A stretch of DNA of 64,000 bases from an uncultured cyanobacterium (GTDB lineage: Bacteria; Cyanobacteriota; Cyanobacteriia; Phormidesmidales; Phormidesmidaceae), in contig CAWBZI010000004.1 of the NCBI GenBank assembly GCA_963793265.1, positions 352,001 to 416,000 of the forward strand, written 5' to 3'. Of the stretch, positions 10,462 to 18,761 are shown piece by piece (the stretch's first letter is position 1; each line of letters starts with the position of its first letter). The position numbers and the translations under genes are program-made. The notes beneath the pieces were generated by a model. It made no database searches. It was not told where the DNA came from and was given only the letters and a program-made list of their open reading frames with translations.

Positions 10462-10911
10462 ATGGATGTTTCCCAGTCTCAACTACTGCTCAAGCGCGTT
10501 GTCAATATCAAAGCAGTGGTGACGCCGCTGTGGAAAGAAGAGGCTCAAAAGCAACTGCAAAGCCAGCTCAACCAGATTGACGGTCGCTTGCAGCAGCTCG
10601 AAATGCAGAGCCAGCGTATTTTGACTGAAATGCAAAAGCAAGGCTCTGACCCGGCTGATGCCGCGGTTGCCCAGCAAATTAGCAGCGTACAGGCCAAGCT
10701 TAACCAGGATAAAAGCCAGCTATTACAGCAAAAGAACCAGCTTCTTCAGCAGCTTCAGCAGGTGCAGACGCTAGAGCAAGAAAAGGAAGTCAGCCAAGGC
10801 CAGATTGACGGCTTTTTTAAGGTTGCCGTGGGCGATCATATGATTAAAAAAATGCAGGTCGAGATTTTGCTTCGCGATGGCGTCGTCGAAGACATTCGCG
10901 GCGAACTGTAG
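10462..10911 (+). CDS. YlqD family protein
   Basis: LLLKR.VNIKAVVTP.WKEE N-terminus, Q-rich coiled coil, MQVEILLRDG. Confidence 0.85.
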   Translation: MDVSQSQLLLKRVVNIKAVVTPLWKEEAQKQLQSQLNQIDGRLQQLEMQSQRILTEMQKQGSDPADAAVAQQISSVQAKLNQDKSQLLQQKNQLLQQLQQVQTLEQEKEVSQGQIDGFFKVAVGDHMIKKMQVEILLRDGVVEDIRGEL

Positions 10912-11089
10912 GCTCACATAGCTTGAAAAATCCTGTAGGGACGTGCGTTTGTGCGTCCTTTCTACTTTGCTGGCTGCTTTGGTGTGCTAACGATGTCCAA
11001 ACCCAACATCACCGGGCTCCCACAACGGGATACAATCAGTTGCTAGCAAAAACCTAGCGCCAAAGCTGTTGTCCATATAAGCTCCATCC

Positions 11090-12466
11090 ATGATTCGCGA
11101 AGTCTTTATGCCTGCTCTCAGCTCTACGATGACTGAGGGAAAAATCGTTTCCTGGGCCAAGTCTGCTGGTGACAAGGTAGAAAAGGGCGAAACCGTTGTT
11201 GTGGTTGAGTCTGATAAGGCCGATATGGACGTGGAGTCTTTTTATGAAGGCTACCTGGCGGTGATTGTGACTGAAGCGGGCGAGATGGCTCAGGTGAATG
11301 ACGCGATCGCATTCCTGGCTGAAACCCCCGAAGAGATTGAAGAGGCTAAGCAGAAAGCAGCCAGTATTAGCAATGGTTCAGGTGTGGCTCCAACCACCGC
11401 CCCAACAACAGTAAAAGCGGCGAGCCCTGAACCGGCTGCGGCTCAAACTGAAGAGGCGATCGCGGCCATTCCCCAAGCCGTCGCAGACACCACCACCGCC
11501 GCTTCTCAAAACGCCGCTTCCCAGAACGGCGGCGGCACCGTCTCAGGCCGAGTCATCGTTTCGCCTCGCGCCCGTAAGCTGGCCAAGCAGCTTAAAGTAG
11601 AACTCAACGGCCTACAAGGCTCCGGCCCGCACGGTCGAATCGTCGCTCAAGACATCGAAAAAGCCGCTGGCCAAACGCCGTCGCCAACCTCAGCCGCGAC
11701 TCAGCAGCTTGCGCCCCCAGCGCCTACGACTCCTGTTGTCGTTCCTGGTGCTTCTAGAGCTTCAGCAGCGCCCGCGCCCGTGCCTGCTGCCCCCGGCGAA
11801 CTCGTCGCCTTCAACTCGCTTCAGCAAGCCGTCGTCCGTAATATGGACGCTAGCCTCTCGGTGCCTGTTTTCCGCGTCGGCTATACCATCACAACTAACG
11901 CGCTAGACGCTTTATATAAGCAAATCAAGCCTAAAGGCGTCACCATGACGGCGCTATTGGCCAAGGCTGTTGCCGTCACGCTGCAAAAGCATCCGGTTGT
12001 AAACGCTAGCTTCTCGCCTACGGGCATTCAGTACAGCAATAGCATTAATATCGCTGTTGCCGTTGCCATGCCGGACGGTGGCTTGATTACGCCTGTGCTA
12101 CGCAGTGCGGATCAGATGGATATTTATTCGCTTTCTCGGACTTGGAAGGACTTGGTGGCGCGATCGCGCTCTAAGCAGCTCTCACCCGAAGAGTACAACA
12201 GCGGCACCTTCACGCTTTCTAATCTCGGCATGTTTGGCGTCGATAGCTTTGATGCGATTTTGCCGCCTGGGCAGGGGTCTATTTTGGCCATTGGCGGGGC
12301 GCTGCAAAAAGTGGTGGCTACGCCTGACGGTCTAATGGGCGTGCGTAAGCAGATGCGGGTGAATATGACCAGCGATCATCGCATTATCTATGGCGCAGAC
12401 GGCGCGGCCTTTTTGAAAGACCTGTGCGATTTGATTGAGAATAATGCGCAGTCTTTGACGCTGTAG
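11090..12466 (+). CDS. pdhC: Pyruvate dehydrogenase E2, dihydrolipoamide acetyltransferase
   Basis: MPALSSTMTEGKIVSW, ESDKADMDVE lipoyl motif, SPRARKLA E3-binding domain, DHRIIYGA catalytic motif. Confidence 0.97.
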   Translation: MIREVFMPALSSTMTEGKIVSWAKSAGDKVEKGETVVVVESDKADMDVESFYEGYLAVIVTEAGEMAQVNDAIAFLAETPEEIEEAKQKAASISNGSGVAPTTAPTTVKAASPEPAAAQTEEAIAAIPQAVADTTTAASQNAASQNGGGTVSGRVIVSPRARKLAKQLKVELNGLQGSGPHGRIVAQDIEKAAGQTPSPTSAATQQLAPPAPTTPVVVPGASRASAAPAPVPAAPGELVAFNSLQQAVVRNMDASLSVPVFRVGYTITTNALDALYKQIKPKGVTMTALLAKAVAVTLQKHPVVNASFSPTGIQYSNSINIAVAVAMPDGGLITPVLRSADQMDIYSLSRTWKDLVARSRSKQLSPEEYNSGTFTLSNLGMFGVDSFDAILPPGQGSILAIGGALQKVVATPDGLMGVRKQMRVNMTSDHRIIYGADGAAFLKDLCDLIENNAQSLTL

Positions 12467-12501
12467 GCTTAGAGAAGAGACAAGAGAATGGTGCGCGTTT
12501 A

Positions 12502-12568
12502 GGGTCGGCTGGTAGCTTAGGTTGCCGACCCACCCCGTCGCTGCGCGCCACCCCTCCCAAGAGGGGAA
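12502..12568. repeat. REP-like palindromic element / bidirectional terminator between convergent genes
   Basis: GGGTCGGC...GCCGACCC hairpin followed by CCCCTC-ccaa-GAGGGG hairpin. Confidence 0.5.
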
Positions 12569-12680
12569 CTTGGCTGTGTGTCTAGAGATCCGGGACTTGG
12601 TTCCCGGTGGGAACCGTAAGGGAGGGGTTTTCGATGTATAACGCTAAACGGATACCCTCCTCGACTTCAAAACCCTACGG

Positions 12681-12890
12681 CTACTTATTACGGCTGTCCA
12701 AATTGTCTAACCGCGTTTTTTGAATGGTGTTTGACTCATCCGGTAGCTGGCTTACCGTCTGATTGTCTATTTCACCAAGATGGCTCTTCGGAACGTTTTT
12801 ACCGCCGCTAACCTCCGTGAGCTTTTCATCTTCTAATTTCTTGTCGGCCTCAACAGCTTCATTTGGATTATTCTGTTTGTTCTCTGACAT
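12681..12890 (-). CDS. Double-glycine-leader peptide (RiPP/bacteriocin-type precursor candidate 2)
   Basis: Leader ends LEDEKLTEVSGG; core contains IQKTRLDNLDSR; GAGGT RBS 7 nt before ATG. Confidence 0.75.
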   Translation of the reverse strand: MSENKQNNPNEAVEADKKLEDEKLTEVSGGKNVPKSHLGEIDNQTVSQLPDESNTIQKTRLDNLDSRNK

Positions 12891-12935
12891 TGTAAATACC
12901 TCAATGTATGTTGTAGAAACGTTTAATAATGAATG

Positions 12936-12965
12936 AAAAAAGTTCCAGACTTTGTAGTCTGGAAC
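12936..12965 (-). terminator. Intrinsic terminator after peptide gene 13001-13192
   Basis: GTTCCAGACT-4-AGTCTGGAAC perfect stem followed by T6 on the minus strand. Confidence 0.75.
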
Positions 12966-13000
12966 GTGGGTGTGTGAGGAGCTAAAACAAATCGATGAAC

Positions 13001-13192
13001 TTACTTGCTAGAATCGCGGTTTTCTAGAGCATCTAAGCGAGTCTTTTGGATGTCTTCAACGCTCTTGCTAGAGTCGCGAGAATCTAAAGCCTCTAGACGT
13101 GTCTTTTGGATTTTGTTGCCGCCTGCTACGTCTTTGAGCTGTTCGTCTGAAATCTGGCCTTCTGCTGGGTTAGTCTTCTTATCGTCTGACAT
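13001..13192 (-). CDS. Double-glycine-leader peptide with duplicated core (RiPP/bacteriocin-type precursor candidate 1)
   Basis: Leader ends ISDEQLKDVAGG; two cores IQKTRLEALDSRDSSK and IQKTRLDALENRDSSK; GAGGT RBS. Confidence 0.8.
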   Translation of the reverse strand: MSDDKKTNPAEGQISDEQLKDVAGGNKIQKTRLEALDSRDSSKSVEDIQKTRLDALENRDSSK

Positions 13193-13317
13193 GTGTCTTA
13201 CCTCGTGGTGTGTTGTTTAGTTGACAGTTCTACTTTAGCCAGCCTGCTTCGCGATCGCCTGAGCGGTTGATGAGAAGTGGGTAAATGTTTCTTCAGCTAG
13301 TTTTCAGGGAAAATCAT

Positions 13318-14724
13318 TCAAGCTTTTTGTTCTATCTGACGGGCGATCGCAACCAGATCATCCAAAAAAGCCTCAATGTCTTCCATTTCCGTTTGGTTGT
13401 TGCAAATCACCAAACGAAAGAACACCTGGCCGTTTAGCTGAGCATAGTTCACCATCGCCAATCCCTTATTCATCAAAATCTCGCGCACTTTCAGCGTCAT
13501 CTCGCTGGCGTTCTCTTTCACTTTGGGCACGTATTGAAAGCACACGTTAACCGCAGTTCTTGGAAAAACCATCCTTAGCGACTCATGAGCGTTAATGAGC
13601 GCTTCTGTTTTTGCCGCCAGCGTGAAATAGCGATCAATCATCGTTTCCCAGCCGCGATCGCCCAAGTGCTGCCAAGCCAACCACAGCTTTAGCGCATCTA
13701 CGCGTCTGCCGCAATGAATCGTGCTAGGGCCTAAGTCAGTCGGCTCCTGCTCGGATGAATGGAATAGATAATCCATATCATCAGCCGAAAAAGCGCTCAT
13801 CATCATGCCGCGCTGCTTTACAACCAGCATGGAACACATCAGCGTCATGCCCATCATTTTATGCGCGTCCCAAACAACTGAATCCGCCAGGTGTGCGCCC
13901 TGCATCAGGTGCCGGTGCGTTTGGCTCAGCAGTACGCTAGCGCCCCAGGCCCCGTCTATGTGGAACCAGAGGTTTTCTCTTTGCGCGATCGCTGCAATCT
14001 CTACAAACGGATCGTAAGCGCCTCGCACAGTCGTTCCTGCCGTCCCTGAGATGAAGAAGGGCCGTGCGCCTTGAGCGATCGCTGAGGCAATCAACGATTC
14101 TAGCGCCGCTGGTATCATCGCTCCCTGCTCATCTACCGGCACTCGCCAGAGCTGCTCGGTGCCTATCCCTAGTAGCTGAGCGGCTTTGGTGAAAGAGTAG
14201 TGCGCGTCTTTAGAGACAAAAGCCACAAGCTTCGGCGCTCCTGATGTGCCCGTTTTCTTTAGCTCAGGCAGGGCGCGGTGCCGGGCGATCACCATTGCCA
14301 TTAAGTTGCCATTGCTGCCGCCCGTTGTGAACTGTCCTTCTGGCTGCTTATAGCCAATCAGCTCGCCTGCTTTAGCAATGAGCGTTTTCTCTATTAAGGT
14401 TGCGACCGGCGCGACCTCATGGGTGTACATAGAGGTATTAGTGGCGCTAGAGAGCACGTCGCCCATAAAGCAGGCCGCGCTAAAGCCGCCCCATAGCTGG
14501 TTGAAGTAGGCGGGATGGGCTGTTTTTACAGCGTGAGATAGGTAGCTGGCGATGTCGGTGTTGAGTTTGCTTAGGGGTTTGCCTTCGGTGGGGAGGGCTA
14601 GGGAGAGGCGATCGCGCAAAACTTCTGGACTGACAGGTTCAGCCACGGTTGACCGTCGCGTTGAATCAGCAAAAAAGTTTTCTAGCTGCTGTAGCAAACT
14701 GAGATAGTCGGAAGCTTGAAACAT
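13318..14724 (-). CDS. Group II PLP-dependent amino acid decarboxylase, cysteine sulfinic acid decarboxylase-type motif
   Basis: HPAYFNQLW, NTSMYT.EVAP, HYSFTK, HIDGAWG, DAHKMM (PLP lysine). Confidence 0.9.
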   Translation of the reverse strand: MFQASDYLSLLQQLENFFADSTRRSTVAEPVSPEVLRDRLSLALPTEGKPLSKLNTDIASYLSHAVKTAHPAYFNQLWGGFSAACFMGDVLSSATNTSMYTHEVAPVATLIEKTLIAKAGELIGYKQPEGQFTTGGSNGNLMAMVIARHRALPELKKTGTSGAPKLVAFVSKDAHYSFTKAAQLLGIGTEQLWRVPVDEQGAMIPAALESLIASAIAQGARPFFISGTAGTTVRGAYDPFVEIAAIAQRENLWFHIDGAWGASVLLSQTHRHLMQGAHLADSVVWDAHKMMGMTLMCSMLVVKQRGMMMSAFSADDMDYLFHSSEQEPTDLGPSTIHCGRRVDALKLWLAWQHLGDRGWETMIDRYFTLAAKTEALINAHESLRMVFPRTAVNVCFQYVPKVKENASEMTLKVREILMNKGLAMVNYAQLNGQVFFRLVICNNQTEMEDIEAFLDDLVAIARQIEQKA

Positions 14725-14825
14725 AGATAGTGCGCTCTTTTAATTTCATGGGTCAATCGTATTGAACCGTACCAAAATGAGAAAAGCCCAGAACGATTCG
14801 CAGTTCTCAGCGCTTTTGACGCCGT

Positions 14826-14931
14826 TTACACCAAGCCCGAATCGCATACCCCTAAGCCGTACCCTTCGTAGGGGCGTAAGACCTTACGCCCTCCGATCAT
14901 CTAAGGTCTGAGCAGTCAGGATTTGGTATTA
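14826..14931. mobile_element. Small non-autonomous MITE/REPIN-like element with an internal GTAG-type REP
   Basis: Imperfect terminal inverted repeats TTACACCAAGCCC / GGATTTGGTATTA; internal GTAG-GGGCGTAAG..CTTACGCCC hairpin at 14868-14891. Confidence 0.5.
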
Positions 14932-14966
14932 GTTAAAGAATCGTTATGCCATATAAACGTTATTTA

Positions 14967-15000
14967 TATAGTTTTTGCTATTTGATTTGCAAAAACTATA
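14967..15000. promoter_or_regulatory. Operator-like 12-bp inverted repeat upstream of the psiE-family gene
   Basis: TATAGTTTTTGC-N10-GCAAAAACTATA. Confidence 0.5.
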
Positions 15001-15067
15001 GATAAGCTGTTAAAGCATGGACATTTAGCTACAGGCAACGTTCCTTTGAACTTATCAGGTCATATTC

Positions 15068-15601
15068 ATGGATGCTCACAAACAACCCTCTCTTCCCTGG
15101 TATCGCTGGCTCAATAGTGAGAAAGTCATCCGACTATTAGAGACAGTTCAGGACTTTATTGTTATTTGCTTGTGTATTGGGCTGTTTAGCTTTATGGTTC
15201 TTCAGCTAAGAGAGATGGCGCTATCGCTACTGCCGCCGCTAGATTTTCAGCCTGTTACCTCAGATATTTTATTCCTACTAATTCTAGTAGAGCTGTTCCG
15301 GCTGCTGATCATTTACCTGCAAGAACATCGCGTTTCGATTGGGGTTGCGGTCGAAGTTTCAATTGTTTCTGTACTCAGAGAGATTATTGTAAGGGGCGTG
15401 CTAGAAACGCCTTGGGCTCAAGTCCTAGTTGCCTGCGTGTTTTTGCTGGTGCTGGGTGCTTTGCTTGTGATCCGAGTTTGGATACCGCCTACTTTTGACG
15501 GCATCGACCCGGAACAGTTGGTATCAGAACGTCACCGTACGCGGGTAGTAGAAGAGAAAGTGAGTCCGTATCCGGCTCGAAGCGCATCAAAACATCTGTA
15601 G
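15068..15601 (+). CDS. Phosphate-starvation-inducible PsiE family membrane protein
   Basis: ILFLLILVELFRLLIIYL...VEVSIVSVLREII signature. Confidence 0.85.
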   Translation: MDAHKQPSLPWYRWLNSEKVIRLLETVQDFIVICLCIGLFSFMVLQLREMALSLLPPLDFQPVTSDILFLLILVELFRLLIIYLQEHRVSIGVAVEVSIVSVLREIIVRGVLETPWAQVLVACVFLLVLGALLVIRVWIPPTFDGIDPEQLVSERHRTRVVEEKVSPYPARSASKHL

Positions 15602-15663
15602 AATTCCCGTGATTGTGTATGCTTGGGCAGTTGCTCAAAAGCCTAACGCGGATACACAACTGC

Positions 15664-16083
15664 ATGACGCCATCTCGCAAACCCGACCGCCAGAGAGAAC
15701 ATCAGGCCAACGAGCGAACGTTTTTAGCCTGGCTGCGTACGTCAATTGCGCTGATCGGCTTCGGATTTGCGATCGCCCGCTTTGGCCTTTTTCTCCAGCA
15801 GCTTCAGGCGCTAGAATTTCCTGCTGAAGCGGCGACCTTAAATTCTCAAACTTTGGGCATTGGCTTAGTAGTGCTAGGCATTGCTGTGATTGTCTTAGCT
15901 GCCTGGCGCTACAATCAGGTGTTTTTGCAAATTGAACGAGGAGCCTATCGCCCTAATCGCTGGGCAATTTGGCTATTGACGGGCGTTGTTACTGTCTTGG
16001 GATTGATGAGCCTGCCGCTGCTGACTAGACAACAGATTTCGGGTGAGCGATCGCCTACTCCTGATTCTGTTCATACGAGATAG
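15664..16083 (+). CDS. DUF202 / YidH family membrane protein
   Basis: REHQANERTFLAWLRTSIALIGFGF. Confidence 0.9.
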   Translation: MTPSRKPDRQREHQANERTFLAWLRTSIALIGFGFAIARFGLFLQQLQALEFPAEAATLNSQTLGIGLVVLGIAVIVLAAWRYNQVFLQIERGAYRPNRWAIWLLTGVVTVLGLMSLPLLTRQQISGERSPTPDSVHTR

Positions 16084-16120
16084 TCCTTCTATATGTATGT
16101 CCTTATTAACGTGCTTGCAG

Positions 16121-18016
16121 TTAGAAAGGGTAGATCAAAGGCGCGATCATGACAGTCACCACCCCATACAGCAAATTCAAAGGCACGCCCACCCGTAGAA
16201 AGTCAGAGAATTTATAGCCGCCCGGCCCGCACACCATCAGGTTGGTTTGGTAGCCGATGGGGGTTGCAAAGCTAGCAGACGCGGCCACCATAATGCTAAT
16301 AACAAAAGGTGTGCTGCTGACGCCAAGCTGAGTGGCTAAAGAAAGTGAAATCGGAAAAATCAGCGCAGCAGCAGCGTTATTAGTGATGATTTCGGTGAGT
16401 ACAGTGGTGATGGCATATACAGCGGCCAGAGCCAGCCAGGGATTGTTACCGGCTGCGCCTACAACAGTCGTGGCGATCGCCTCAGCCGCCCCGGTAGAAT
16501 CCAGAGCCTGCCCTAATGCCAGCGCGGCAGCAATTACCAGCAGTACCGACCAGTCAATACTGCGCATAGCCTGAGCTGGAGAACAACAGCCCAGCGCGAT
16601 CATCCCGACTGCCGCGAGCACTGCCGCCTGTAGCATACTCAACCAGCCGACAGCAGCGAAAACCACCATGATTACAGTTAGCGCAAAGGCGATGCGCGAT
16701 CGCTCATGTCGCATCGGTTCAGAATTAGGCACGCCGCTAATTAAATAGAAGTCGCGCGAGATTCTCCGCTTGTTGACAAAATCACTAGAGGCTTCAAGCA
16801 GCAGCGTGTCGCCCGGCTGAAGGCGAATGTCACCAATTTTGCCCGTGATGCGATCCCCATTACGAGCCGCTGCCACTACCACCGCATTGTACTGTGTGCG
16901 AAACTGACTTTCCCGAATGGTCTTGCCGACTAGAGGGCACGTATTAGACACTACCGCCTCAATTAAACTACGCTCAGCCGGTGAACCCTCTAGCTTCGCG
17001 CCCTGATTAGTGGCTACTTGAAGCCCACGAATGCGCTGCAAATCTAAAATAGAATCGATCATGCCAACAAATAGCAACAGATCGCCCTCTTGCAGTCTCT
17101 CTAAGGGGCCAACTGCTGAGAGCACCTGCGAGTCTCGACGGATTTCGGCTAAGTAAAGGTTCGGCAAATGCCGCAGCCCAGCTTTCTCAACGGTTTTACC
17201 TACTAAAGAACTGCCCACCACCTTCATCTCTACCGTGTACTCTCGCAAATCGTCCGTGCTACTCAACACGGCCTGGCGGTCGGGCAGCAGCCAGCTTTGC
17301 GTCGAGTACAAGAATAAGAATCCAGCCAGCGCGCAGGGCAATCCGACCCAGGCAATATCAAAGAGTTTCAGCCCGCTACCTGTAGCATCTATCAGCAGAC
17401 CGTTGACAACTAGGTTTGTGCTGGTGCCAATTAAAGAACAGAGCCCGCCAAAAATAGCCGCGTAGCTCAGTGGAATCATGAGCTTAGAGGGACTAAAGCG
17501 CAGCTTGCGGCACCAGTCATTCACGACCGGGATAAACATTGCCACCACAGGCGTGTTGTTGAGAAAGGCGCTTGCGCCCATCACTGGTAGCATGAGGCGA
17601 ACAAGGGCTCGGCTCGGGGTTTTTGGCATTCCTAAAACCTGCTGCGATACCCACTGCAGAGCGCCCGTTTGCTGCAAGCCCGCGACCACAATGTAGAGGA
17701 CGCCAACGGTAATCATGCCAGCGTTGCTGAAGCCTGCGAGTGCTGCTTTCTCGTCTAAAACGCCGCTTAAGAACAAGACGGCGGCTGCGCCTAGAAAAAC
17801 GATATCGGCAGGGAGCGGGGTGAAGGCGTTACCGCAAAAGGCGGCGATGGTGGTGGCGATCGCGAGCCAGGCTTGCCATGAAAGCGTGCTGGTTGCTAGG
17901 CCCTGATGTAGAAAGGTGAACCCCAGGCTTAGCGTGAGTCCGAGTACGATAGAAGCTGTGAAAATTAAACGCTTTTGACCTTGCGATCGCCCGTTAAACA
18001 GCCGCTGTGTGCCCAT
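16121..18016 (-). CDS. SLC13 family (Na+/sulfate or dicarboxylate) permease with TrkA-C domains
   Basis: SAFLNNTPVV, IGTSTNL, EIITNNAAA, TPIGYQTNLMV motifs; two central RCK-C domains. Confidence 0.92.
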   Translation of the reverse strand: MGTQRLFNGRSQGQKRLIFTASIVLGLTLSLGFTFLHQGLATSTLSWQAWLAIATTIAAFCGNAFTPLPADIVFLGAAAVLFLSGVLDEKAALAGFSNAGMITVGVLYIVVAGLQQTGALQWVSQQVLGMPKTPSRALVRLMLPVMGASAFLNNTPVVAMFIPVVNDWCRKLRFSPSKLMIPLSYAAIFGGLCSLIGTSTNLVVNGLLIDATGSGLKLFDIAWVGLPCALAGFLFLYSTQSWLLPDRQAVLSSTDDLREYTVEMKVVGSSLVGKTVEKAGLRHLPNLYLAEIRRDSQVLSAVGPLERLQEGDLLLFVGMIDSILDLQRIRGLQVATNQGAKLEGSPAERSLIEAVVSNTCPLVGKTIRESQFRTQYNAVVVAAARNGDRITGKIGDIRLQPGDTLLLEASSDFVNKRRISRDFYLISGVPNSEPMRHERSRIAFALTVIMVVFAAVGWLSMLQAAVLAAVGMIALGCCSPAQAMRSIDWSVLLVIAAALALGQALDSTGAAEAIATTVVGAAGNNPWLALAAVYAITTVLTEIITNNAAAALIFPISLSLATQLGVSSTPFVISIMVAASASFATPIGYQTNLMVCGPGGYKFSDFLRVGVPLNLLYGVVTVMIAPLIYPF

Positions 18017-18145
18017 AACTTAACCGCATTTAGGGATGGATGAATAATGCTCCGCTCAAAATAATAGTGCATAATTCTGATAAGTGGAACAAAAGATATA
18101 GCCTTCTAAAAGCCCTGAAGCTACTGTGTTACATCCCGCTTTTGA

Positions 18146-18676
18146 TTAGAGTTCGTCTAGTGCCTCCATCACGTCATCGCACCAGGCCAACCACGAAGTC
18201 TCGTATGCAATACCTCGCTTGAGCGTGAGATACATAAATTGCGTTTCAACATTGCTGCGATCGCTCATGTGTTCCGCTTCTATCTCACGATAGTGAGCAA
18301 GCTTATCTTGATGTAATGTTTGCCGGTGTTTCAGCTCTCTAGTGAGCAACTCGCGAGGCATCTTATGACCAATCAGCACCTTCACCAGCAAATCTTCGCG
18401 AATGGCTGTGGGCTCTGTGGGCTCTGCGTACCAGCGGGTGAGTTCTGCCCAGCCCGAATCGGTAATGTGATACAGCTTTTTATCGGGCTTACCGGCCTGC
18501 GGAATCACTTCAAAGCTAACCAGATTCTGAGTCGTTAGCTTGCTGAGTTCTCGATATACCTGCTGCTGAGTCGCCTTCCAGTAGCAGCCCAGCTCTTCGT
18601 CAAAGTGCTTGCTGATATCGTATCCGCTGCCGGGATGCTTCGAGAGCAGGGCCAAAATAGTATGCGCTAGCGCCAT
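18146..18676 (-). CDS. PadR family transcriptional regulator
   Basis: LAHTILALL...SGYDI..QQVYREL..KPDKKLY.IT..G; C-terminal virulence-activator-type helices. Confidence 0.93.
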   Translation of the reverse strand: MALAHTILALLSKHPGSGYDISKHFDEELGCYWKATQQQVYRELSKLTTQNLVSFEVIPQAGKPDKKLYHITDSGWAELTRWYAEPTEPTAIREDLLVKVLIGHKMPRELLTRELKHRQTLHQDKLAHYREIEAEHMSDRSNVETQFMYLTLKRGIAYETSWLAWCDDVMEALDEL

Positions 18677-18694
18677 GTAAAATCAAAAATTGAC

Positions 18695-18748
18695 ATATCC
18701 AACATGTTGAGTATAGTTTGGAAAAGTACTATACAACATGTTGGATAT
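18695..18748. promoter_or_regulatory. Two palindromic operators (CAACATGTTG) in the padR / RND divergent promoter
   Basis: ATATCCAACATGTTG (18695-18709) and its exact reverse complement (18734-18748). Confidence 0.75.
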
Positions 18749-18761
18749 CAACTAATTGCGT

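Noticed and set aside
6823..12466. mgdE / aas / ylqD / pdhC lipid cluster as a novel system
   Set aside because: Known cyanobacterial housekeeping genes in a commonly seen arrangement.
13001..13115. ~45-bp imperfect direct repeat
   Set aside because: It is the duplicated peptide core, already reported; not a DNA-level repeat element.
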